A DNA stretch of 63,866 bases, counting the filler, from Octopus bimaculoides (lineage: Eukaryota): NCBI RefSeq assembly GCF_001194135.2. It is 6 parts of 6 records of this genome, joined end to end, with 100 filler letters (N's around TTAATTAATTAA, not from the genome) between each part and the next. Parts side by side here need not be neighbours in the genome. Positions count along the whole stretch, not along the records: positions 50,265 to 58,600 come from NC_068992.1; positions 58,701 to 61,754 come from NC_068988.1; positions 61,855 to 63,866 come from NW_026425403.1; 3 more parts are not named here. The stretch is one strand, 5' to 3'. This document shows positions 53,832 through 63,866 of this stretch, in pieces. The notes under the pieces were generated by a model, which had not been told where the DNA came from, searched no databases, and was given only the letters and a program-made list of their open reading frames with translations. The position numbers and the translations under genes were made by a program. How positions within the stretch are numbered: position 1 is the first letter of the stretch; every line of letters starts with the position of its first letter.

Positions 53832-55273
53832 TATATATGTTTATACATACATGCATATATACCTACATATCTATATATATAGAGAAAGAGAGGGTGAGAG
53901 AGAGAAACAGAGAGACCGAAAGGGAGAGGTAAAGAGAAAGGGGGAAAGAGAATGAATGAAGGTGGTAGATGTTTTACTGATGAACTTTTGGAAAATATTA
54001 ATATAAAATGTTTATAGAACAACTCCTTGGTAATCAATGTACATCGTTCTTGGTGTTTAGCACACTAAGATATTTAGCAAATAAACTGAAAATATCCTTC
54101 AATATCGAACTTCATGTTGGAATTTGAGATTACATCAGATATTTTAAATAGGGTATAGTTTATTATTTGTTAGATTTGTCTGCTAGAAAGCACCTATAAA
54201 TGTTTGGTCCATAGATATAGTGTTCTATGTTGATTGACTGACCAATTGAGTATGATGTTTTTGTTTTTTATCTCTCATACCCCAAATATATTTAGCCCCT
54301 CCTGTAGAATCTGGGCGTTTTACGAGTTCTAAATCTACAGTAGTGCCCTTGGTCCACTATACCAATGCGCTATTTACAAGAAATAGTGATATTGCTATTT
54401 ATGATTTTGTTTCTGTTTGTGTCTGTATATACAACAGTGTTTGCTTCGTAGTTTTCTGCTGATCTTTAATTTCAATATAATGAAATATTTAATGCAATTG
54501 TAGCTAAACCATGCAGTATGCTAACTAAAATGTGTATGGTATCTATAAGACCTTACTAGTGTATGTGTACTAAATCAAGGGATATGTGTTACTACATAAG
54601 AAAAGATATTTGAACTAAAAGGAAGTTTGTACAAGAAGTTTCCTTTACCTATGCTTATTTGGATGCATACTGTGATTACTTTTCTTACTTTTCTTACTTT
54701 TCTTACTTTTCTGGTTTTTAAAGTCGTTCCATATCAAGGCTTCGTAAAGCAATCTCTTTTGTACGACTCTTCCTTATACGAGTTGCCAGATATGCGCCTT
54801 TTAATACTCTAGAGTAAATTTCTAACGATTCAGTACGATGAAATAACATACATACACATGTGCACATACACACATACAAGCGCGCACATACACATACAAG
54901 CGTGCGCGCTCACACACACACACAATATATATATATATATATGCATATATTTACACATACACATATTTATATATAGTGTACTTTCGTCGAATGAAAGGAA
55001 GCTCAACTGACAATGAGAAAGAGTAGAAAATATGAGTTAAATTTATTCCTGTTTGATTGTTATAAAATTAAATAAAAAATTTGAATAAATATATAATTAT
55101 GCATGCATATGTTTCCTCTCAGCGTGTTTACAGTATTAAGTTCTGCTTGTTTGTATTATCATACCACGTGGTCTACTTGTAAATTGCTTGAATTTATAAG
55201 CTAGAATTCTGTAATCAGACAGTACAATACCTATCCTCACTTTCTTTTGTTGGTATATATGTCTGCCTGTCAA

Positions 55274-55325
<52 letters not shown>

Positions 55326-55374
55326 TATATATGGTATTAAGAGCATATCTTTCTATAGTTACTTATACATACAC

Positions 55375-55439
<65 letters not shown>

Positions 55440-55731
55440 GCACAAACACACATATGCATATATGCATGCATACATACACAGTCTCATGGATACGCGCATA
55501 AAACTGCATTTATATCTATATCTGTTTATATTCATAAAACCAGATATATAAATATATATAGAAAGATAGATAGATAGATATATAGATAGATAGAGAGAAA
55601 GAGAGAGAAGGGAGACAAAGAGAGAGAGAAAGATGTGTGTGCCTGTATGTATGTGTTCATGTTTTTATGTAAACACGCACGTTAACATCCATATGAGTGT
55701 GCTGTGCATACATATGTGTGTGCGTGCGTGT

Positions 55732-55774
<43 letters not shown>

Positions 55775-56946
55775 CGCTTGCGTCTATGTGTGTGTATGGA
55801 GTGTGTGTATACTTATATAGACATCTTTAAAAGCATTATATATATACGGATATTTAGTTCAATATACATTTTGAGGTCGATAAGCGGAAAGTTAAATTGA
55901 CAGTGAGAGATGTAAATAGAGAAAGTTCGCAGATAAAATTTTTCTTGCTTATTTAGTAAGAAATTTAATAAACTATTGAAATAGAAGACCAGTGATATAC
56001 AAAAGTAATATCACAGAAACTATTTTTCACAACCATACCAATAAAAGTAACAACTACAATCCAAAAACAAAAACTATATATTTTAATACAAAAATATCTT
56101 AACACTTGTAAAATGTTTAAATGTAAACTATTCCGGAATTTCAAGTATTGCCAACTTAAGTGAGAAAATAGAAGGACCGAAAATAGATTTATTACCTGCA
56201 GGTAGTTTCATTCATATAGTTTTGGTCTTTTCTTCTCTCGTCGTTGGTAAGAGAGATTTGGTATCTGGACGTTTCGTTGCAATGTAATATTGGGATAATA
56301 GATCGAAATTAGTACATCTTACTTTTTTCAACGTTATGACTCTACCGTCTATGGTCAAAGAAGTGTCTTTGTGTATTAGTAAGGAACAGTCACTGTTTAC
56401 GATCAAGGCGCGTTAATTGTCTTTTAGCAAAGAAGCATAGCTTCCTGTGACTAAGGAAAATTCACTGAGTATTACCCATGAAACTTCAATGTCTTTGAGC
56501 AAGGAACCTTAACTGTCTTGGAGTCTTCACTTCCTATAATCAAAGAATATATATATGCATGTATGTGTTTATATGTATGTATATGTATGTATATGCACAT
56601 AGACACAAACAAATATATACGCATATGCATACACACACAAGTACATATATATATATATATATATATATANNNNNNNNNNNNNNNNNNNNNNNNNNNNNNN
56701 NNNNNNNNNNNNNNNNNNNNNNNNNNNNNNNNNNNNNNNNNNNNNNNNNNNNNNNNNNNNNNNNNNNNNNNNNNNNNNNNNNNNNNNNNNNNNNNNNNNN
56801 NNNNNNNNNNNNNNNNNNNNNNNNNNNNNNNNNNNNNNNNNNNNNNNNNNNNNNNNNNNNNNNNNNNNNNNNNNNNNNNNNNNNNNNNNNNNNNNNNNNN
56901 NNNNNNNNNNNNNNNNNNNNNNNNNNNNNNNNNNNNNNNNNNNNNN

Positions 56947-56981
<35 letters not shown>

Positions 56982-57565
56982 GTTTGTATGATGCTTCAAC
57001 TACTTTGTGTATTTTGAAGTTATGGGAACGCTAGATTAAAAAATGAGAGAACGGTAAAAAGGAAAAGTCAGTAGAAATTTAATTCTTGTTTATTTAAAAG
57101 TGAAAGCAATAAAAAAAAAATGTTCAGCTAAAATATGGGTGAAACTTATATAAAAACAAATACCCGCCAAGCAATATATTAACAGCTAAATCAATACGAA
57201 GAACAATATCGAGTCCTAAAAATAAAGCAATACATTGCAACATAGAAAAAAACTTTTAGTTGCAAAATGTTTAAAACTATACAGGAATTCTACATATGCA
57301 AATATATATATACATGCATGCATACATACATGCCTACATACATACATACATGCATACATACATACATAAATATGTATACATATATATATGTCTGTGTGTG
57401 TTTATGTGTGTGTATGTGTGTTTGCGTGCGCGCGTGCGGTTGTGTGTACTTATATATACATATGCATATATGAGAAAGTATCTGTTTGTTAAAAACGAGG
57501 AACCACTCACTGTAATATAGACCTCAATAATTATTTAGTGGAGTATAATAAATTTATTTATTTTC

Positions 57566-57641
57566 TACTGACAACGGAACCGGCTGCTTCGCTCAGTGAG
57601 CGTAAGCTCACTGAGCGAAACAACCGGTTCCGCTGTCAGTA
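57566..57641. repeat. GC-rich hairpin, 36-bp arms, GTAA loop
   Basis: tactgacaacggaaccggctgcttcgctcagtgagc-gtaa-gctcactgagcgaaacaaccggttccgctgtcagta; only three mismatches, all transitions. Confidence 0.9.
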
Positions 57642-57718
57642 CAAATTAAATAAATGCATATATGTATGTATATCGATATATATGTGAGTGTCTATGTATA
57701 AATATTTATAAATACATA

Positions 57719-57785
<67 letters not shown>

Positions 57786-58121
57786 GTGTATATTATATAT
57801 ATATATATATAAACACACATACACATATCTGTATACTTATATACATATCAATGTATTTAAATATATATTTATTTAAACTCACATACATATGCTTATATAG
57901 GCATATATACGATCTTTTCCTCTTGCTTCCAACAACACGAAAATTTTCCCAAAACAGATATAGAATGTAACTTTTGATTTTGACACGGTGGTTACTCTCT
58001 ATTAACTAGTCAATAGAAACTCTCAGAAGTAACTATTTTATAACTCAGAGTTTCTCTGACTATCTCTGTTCACGTATTTGTTTGGAACGAAGCACACATA
58101 CACATACACACGGTCATGTCC

Positions 58122-58190
<69 letters not shown>

Positions 58191-58467
58191 GGCATGTGGA
58201 ATAATTTTAATATTTTCTTTCTCATTGTATATTTCGCTTAGTCTTTGCGAGAATAATAAATTAGTAGAACTCAGTATGCTTATGCTTCGGAATAAAGCGT
58301 TACTCGAACACAGAGCGGTAATAAGGAAATGAGATGACAAAGAACAAACGATTGTCTTATGAGCTTCATTAACTTACAACTCTTTCTGCTATGAGATGCA
58401 GTGGACTCCTTATAGCATATAGCTTCATCGGAGCCTCGAATACGAAATGCAATGTTTTTTGGGAAAA

Positions 58468-58507
<40 letters not shown>

Positions 58508-58511
<4 letters not shown>

Positions 58512-58600
58512 GAGGTGGTATCAAAAACATCTGTGATTAGTTATGCTTAATAAAATATAACTTTTTATACCTCAGTTTTAACATAATCTCTATCGAAATC
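58508..58600 (+). mobile_element. Possible Tc1/mariner terminus inserted in a (TA)n tract
   Basis: tacacgaggtggtatcaaaaac resembles mariner TA-CGAGG..G.ATCAAAA termini; the other end is lost in the spacer. Confidence 0.35.
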
Positions 58601-58700
58601 NNNNNNNNNNNNNNNNNNNNNNNNNNNNNNNNNNNNNNNNNNNNTTAATTAATTAANNNNNNNNNNNNNNNNNNNNNNNNNNNNNNNNNNNNNNNNNNNN
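58601..58700. other. Artificial 100-nt contig spacer
   Basis: 44 N + TTAATTAATTAA (58645-58656) + 44 N. Confidence 0.95.
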
Positions 58701-60277
58701 GATGCTTGTAGTTCGTAGTGGTTGTTGATGTCGTCGCTGTAAACTGGCTGTGTTCTGTATGTGTGGTGGTAATGATGTTGACAGTGGTGTGTGGTGTTTG
58801 AAAAACGGGCACGTCGTACACGAAAGTTGAGGGTTTGCCAAGGTACGCTTTTTCAGACGGTCGACAGACACAATCTCTGTACGACCATTAGCGTCGACCT
58901 TGAAGAAATTCAACCCAAGACTGCGGGTTGGGCGAGGCGTGTAAGGCAGCCTTAAATTGCCTATGAAAATGCTCAACCATTCCATTAGAAGCGGGATGGT
59001 AGCTGTTGGTGCATATCAGGAGAGAGAAATTTGACAGGGCGTGTATTTGAGAGGTACCGTTGGTGGCATTGCTGGAAAATGCTGTCATGAATTCGGAGCT
59101 GCGAGCGAAAATGACCAAAAGATCCCGATGCAAATAAAGATAAGCCAGTAATTCTTCCATTCTCCGGCCGAGAGAAACAGATAGGTGTGAAATATGCTGA
59201 ACTGGGAACAAGTAAGCATCAATAAATGTTATGTACTCACTGAAATGTAACTGTGCATTTTACTGCTATTTTCAGCAAGTAGAGGACGCTGTGTAAGAAT
59301 GAATTGACGTCTCGTGAAACTTGTAGGAAATTGCTCAAAAAGTTGTTAGGATGAAATAACCGTGAAGTTTTTTGTGTGAAAAACCACAAAGGTCTTAGCC
59401 ATAAAGAAGTTTTCGGTTATAGACTCTGGAAGTCATTGACAAAATGAAAAACTTTAACGTAGAAAATTTTTCTTAGCTTTTCGCTTGTGATGGATGAGAA
59501 TGTAGAGGCAATCCTGATGTTGAACGTCGCGAAACATACGAATTCAATGGCTGTTGAAACGAGGTCTGTAGATCTTTTAGCTCGGGGTACCAATTGTAGT
59601 ATTATTGGTCGCAGTTCAGATTTTCGGCTGCAGTTGTTCTTTATTCGGGGTCATCAATTGTAGGAAATCTCCAGGCTGTGTTTGTTCTTGAGTCGGGTAG
59701 CTGTTCGAAATGCCGTATTTACTTATGTCAGCGGCGGCTAGTGTAGTATTATCGGTCGGTAAATCAGAATCCTCGGCCGCGGTTGTTCTTACTCGGGGTC
59801 ACCAATTATAGGAAAGTGGTTATACACCATTAGGTGTATACCCGCAGATCAGAATCCTCGGCTGCGGTTGTTCTTACTCGGGGTCACCAATTATAGGAAA
59901 GTGGTTATACACCATTAGGTGTATACCCGCTTTCGTACATTAAATTCTGAAGAAACAACGGAACGCAGATTCTGAACTATCAACACAACAATATTTATTT
60001 ACAGAGGAAATAGGCAGCACTTCGCCCTTTGGTTGCTGAGACGTTGGAATGTTGGAATGAGCTGTCTCCAGAGTTGGAATGTTGGAGAGAGACAGCTTGA
60101 CACGTCCATGCTCATGGCCGGCCGGCCGAGAAAGAGAATGAAAAGAGCGGGAACGTTTTAGATGTTGAACTCCACGCATGCGCATGAGACTCTTCCTGTG
60201 TTCCTTCCGGAACTAGTCCCCGCGCATGCGTGGATAAGCTTACCGGAAAGGTCGTCTGCTAGTAAGGCGTTACTACA
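58701..60277 (-). mobile_element. Internally deleted Gypsy-like LTR retrotransposon (5' LTR, PBS array, integrase remnant)
   Basis: The minus strand has an LTR TGTAG...CTATA (60277-59892), an AT spacer and the PBS TGGTGACCCCGA. Integrase remnants TNSYHPASNGMVEHFHRQFKAALHA and FFKVDANGRTEIVSVDRLK lie near 59010-58850. The 3' LTR is not visible (gap). Confidence 0.8.
59892..60277 (-). mobile_element. 386-bp 5' LTR
   Basis: Begins TGTAG and ends CTATA next to the PBS; AATAAA at 59999-59994; CpG-rich U3 with CCGGAA and GCGCATGCG motifs. Confidence 0.75.
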
Positions 60278-60364
60278 GATGTATATGCATACATGTAAAT
60301 TTGGAAATTATATTCTATGCATAACGGCCATAACCCCCATGAAAATTCATGTATTTTTGATGTT

Positions 60365-61160
60365 ACATTGTTGAAAACAAGCATAAATTACTTCCCGACC
60401 AGTTGCAGTGATTATTAACAGTGTACGCCAACGTGAGGGATGAATCTTTCTTGATGCTCTTGGAGGGACAGGAAAAACATTTATAACAAAGCTTCTCTTT
60501 GCAGAAGTTAGGCAGCATCAGGACATTGCAGTAGCTCTAGCTTCTTCTGGGATTGCAGCTACTTTGTTACCCAGTGGCTGGACAGCACACTCGTCTTTCA
60601 AACTCCCTCTCAATTTAGCAGCATCCGACATGCCTTCATGCAACATCACTAAAAGCTCAGATCAGGGACAGGTACTTCAAAGGTGTCATCTAATTGTCTG
60701 GGATAAATGCACCATGGCTCACAAGAGAGCTTTGGAAGCATTAGATAGAACCCTGAAAGACATCTGAGACTGTCACGCTCCAATGGGAGGTGTTACGCTT
60801 CTGTTGTCAGGTGATTTCAGGCAAACTCTTCCTGTCATTCCAAAAGGCACTAGAGCAGATGAGGTCCAAGCATGCCTAAAGACCTCTACCCTGTGGCATC
60901 ATGTTACCATCCTCAGTCTTAACACTAACATGAGAGCTCAGCTACATGGCGACCAAATGTCCACAAAGTTTGCACAGGACATTTTGACAATTGGTGATGG
61001 CAAGGTGCCTCTCGACGCTGCAGGAGAAATGGAAGTATTGCCATTTTGCTCTGTTGTTAATTCTGTAGATGACCTCAAACACAAAGTCTTTCCCAATTTC
61101 AAAGAAAACTACCTAAATCACAATTGGCTGTGTGAAAGAGCAATATTAGCTCCAAAAAAC
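60365..61160 (+). mobile_element. Helitron PIF1-like helicase remnant (pseudogenised)
   Basis: IFLDALGGTGKTF (Walker A), ASSGIAATLLPSGWTAHSSFKLPL, LIVWDKCTMAHK, LLLSGDFRQTLPVIPKG, L..NMR and WLCERAILAPKN. In-frame TGA at 60441 and 60765; the sequence is cut at 61161 by SINE sequence. Confidence 0.9.
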
Positions 61161-61754
61161 TTCTGTCTACCAAATTCAATCACAAAGCTTTGGTCGGCTC
61201 GGGGCTATAGCAGAAGACACTTGTCCAAGATGCCACATGGTGGGACTGAACCCGAAACCATGTAGCTGGGAAGCAAGCTTCCTAACCACACAGCCATGCC
61301 CATATATATATATATATTTGAAAAATTTATTTCCTGATCGAAACTGTATTAACTGCAGCCTAGATCTTGCCACACTACACGTGAGTGTAAAAGAAAGAAG
61401 TGAATTCTACTTTGCAGTATATTTCTACAAGTATGGATGGATATTGGTTATACGACATTGCAGCTTGCAGGCATATTTTGAGATACTCGTAAATTTATGC
61501 TATGGAATACCGTTGCTGATGAGAGCAGTAGGTAATATTTCTTTACTTTAAGTTTGATACAGGATCTTGTATGCAGTTAACCGAAAAGTTGTTGGTTCAT
61601 TATTTTTCTTTTGCTCGCCTACAATATAATGTGTTAGTCTTGGAGATTTTAAGGTGGTAATAGGTCATTTGGCATCTATTTCTACAGTGTGTGGTGAAGC
61701 GTAAAGCCAATCCCTTGCTATAATTATGTATATAATTATAAAATATTTATATAT

Positions 61755-61854
61755 NNNNNNNNNNNNNNNNNNNNNNNNNNNNNNNNNNNNNNNNNNNNTT
61801 AATTAATTAANNNNNNNNNNNNNNNNNNNNNNNNNNNNNNNNNNNNNNNNNNNN
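61755..61854. other. Artificial 100-nt contig spacer
   Basis: 44 N + TTAATTAATTAA (61799-61810) + 44 N. Confidence 0.95.
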
Positions 61855-61958
61855 ACGTATATATGTACGTACGTACGTAACTACGTATGTATGAACGTAC
61901 GTACGTACGTAACTACGTATGTAAGTACGTACGTACGTACGTAACTACGTATGTATGT
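61855..61958. repeat. Three units of about 32 bp built on self-complementary (ACGT)n
   Basis: tacgtacgtacgtaactacgtatgta occurs three times. Confidence 0.85.
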
Positions 61959-62696
61959 AAATACTTCGAAATGCCGGAGTTTTAACGGTGGCAGCTGATG
62001 AAGGGGATGTTTCTATGTGGCCTGCTTGTTTGTTGCACCTTGTTTACCATTTTGTCCTTGTTCTTTTGCCACGTCATGTACCCAGTTATGTATCTATATG
62101 TACATGTAGATGAACGTATATACATACATGTACATATATATNNNNNNNNNNNNNNNNNNNNNNNNNNNNNNNNNNNNNNNNNNNNNNNNNNNNNNNNNNN
62201 NNNNNNNNNNNNNNNNNNNNNNNNNNNNNNNNNNNNNNNNNNNNNNNNNNNNNNNNNNNNNNNNNNNNNNNNNNNNNNNNNNNNNNNNNNNNNNNNNNNN
62301 NNNNNNNNNNNNNNNNNNNNNNNNNNNNNNNNNNNNNNNNNNNNNNNNNNNNNNNNNNNNNNNNNNNNNNNNNNNNNNNNNNNNNNNNNNNNNNNNNNNN
62401 NNNNNNNNNNNNNNNNNNNNNNNNNNNNNNNNNNNNNNNNNNNNNNNNNNNNNNNNNNNNNAGGTCACAGAAGTGTGACGAAAGAACTCTGGCCGAAATA
62501 AGATTAAGATTAATGTAATATAAAGCTGAAGCAAATTAACACCAAATATACAGTGCGTGTGTTTTTATTGGCTAAACTGGCAATATGACCATCCCCAAGT
62601 ACAACAATATATATATATATATATACTTTTATTTAAGCTGCAAATTGTTTTCGAAAACTGTTTCTTAGTTTCAAATCCCCGTTCCTTAGACAGCTG

Positions 62697-62739
<43 letters not shown>

Positions 62740-63310
62740 CACAAACACACACACACACACATATATATACGTGCGCGCACATGCACACGCACGCGCGCAC
62801 GCACATATACATCCATACACACACATATAAAACGGGATCTCACACATTTTCCTCAAGGTGCCACACAGTGGGACTGAACCTGAAATGACGTGGCTGCAAA
62901 ACTAGCTTCTTAACCGCAGAGCCATGCCTGTGCTGAAGGAGTTTTTCTGCATTTCGAACTCAATCGAATGCACACATTCTTCGAACTATTGCCCAAGATT
63001 CTTGGTTTCTGGAATTGTATGTGGCATTTATCTGAATAACAATGTAACTTACCATTTGTCTTTTTCGTGTTAAATAATACCGAATGCTTCTTAACTTCGT
63101 TAATAGATTTTTAATTGAGAACTCCTGGAAGTATTTTAAAAGCTTTTTAGACAAATGATTATGTTTAGAGATAAAATAAAGTGCAATTCAGTTTATTCGG
63201 CACCGTACTTTCATTTACAAGTACATCACCACAGACCAAACTCCGAGGACAAAGATTTATTTCGACACCAGAAAATGTAATACCCAGTTTCATATAATCT
63301 TCTTTGAATA

Positions 63311-63404
63311 GAAACTTTATTTGTTCATCTATTAAGTAGTAACTTTACTTGTTCATCTATTATGTAGTAACTTTAGAAACTTTACTTGTTCATCTATGTA
63401 GTAA
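63311..63404. repeat. Three degenerate units of about 28 bp (aactttacttgttcatctatta[a/t]gtagt)
   Basis: Seen directly. Confidence 0.8.
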
Positions 63405-63866
63405 AGCAGAACTTTTCAACATATAATTATTATGTTGAAAGAACAGGAATAAAACTGAGAAAGCATATTATATGACAAATAATATGAGCTTCTTTAATGT
63501 CCATATTTTCCTACTATTAAAGTTCTTCAACGGATGTTATCAACCAATTATGGGCCAGTAATGTAACTTTGAATTATAAATGTAAACATAGGATAAGAAA
63601 GGACACAGCTTATTAAGAAATAATACGCTTATGAACAGATAACAATTCTTGGAGTGCAACACTAATCTGTATCTCAATGCGTACATGTCTGTGCGTCTGT
63701 ATGTGGGTCTCTCTCTGCGTATCCGCGTCAGTCTGCGTTTGTATATGTATATGCATAGCTATATGAGCGTTTATATATCTGTAATGTATTTGTGTATACA
63801 TATACATACATACATACATACGCATGCACGCACACATGCACGCGCGCACACACACACACACACACG

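Noticed and set aside
57590-57616. CAGTGAGCG/GCTCACTGAG resemblance to the AAV inverted terminal repeat
   Set aside because: Only 9-10 nt match, with no GAGC tetramer array, no T-shaped arms and no Rep/NS1 remnant nearby.
59581-59930. PBS cassette array as a true CRISPR or as tRNA-Trp genes
   Set aside because: The repeats are LTR-end/PBS junctions with one spacer duplicated. The tRNA match lacks the 5' half and A box, includes CCA and has insertions, so it cannot be a tRNA gene.
60365-61160. PIF1-like sequence as a host helicase gene
   Set aside because: Intronless, two in-frame stops, mutated Walker B, and located among transposons, which fits a dead Helitron.

Overview
This is AT-rich, microsatellite- and SINE-dense eukaryotic DNA that looks like an octopus/cephalopod genome. 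That is an inference from repeat content, not a database match. The window is a patchwork of six contigs joined by artificial 100-nt spacers (44 N + TTAATTAATTAA + 44 N), plus many ordinary N gaps, so nearly all long ORFs in the supplied track are gap or microsatellite artefacts. The one solid gene is a + strand kinesin-3 of the KIF1A/KIF1B/unc-104 type. Fifteen GT-AG exons between 25693 and 41603 splice in frame (1508 nt, about 502 codons) and cover the end of the motor, the neck/CC1, the FHA domain and the start of the stalk; the 5' motor exons and the 3' exons are not visible here. The rest is transposon material: tRNA-derived SINEs, an RTE LINE with a PHD finger in its RT region, a Dong/R4-like REL endonuclease end, a CR1-type LINE end, a Penelope GIY-YIG remnant, piggyBac-type MITEs, a Gypsy-like LTR element and a Helitron helicase remnant. 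The most unusual observations are: (1) a polarised array of four LTR-end/primer-binding-site cassettes with extended co-linear similarity to the 3' half of tRNA-Trp; (2) two partial exon duplicates inside the kinesin gene that leave a decoy acceptor and a decoy donor; (3) a 300-bp fold-back palindrome in a kinesin intron and a 36-bp-stem GC-rich hairpin; (4) the PHD-bearing RTE. No prokaryotic-type system or CRISPR array is supported.
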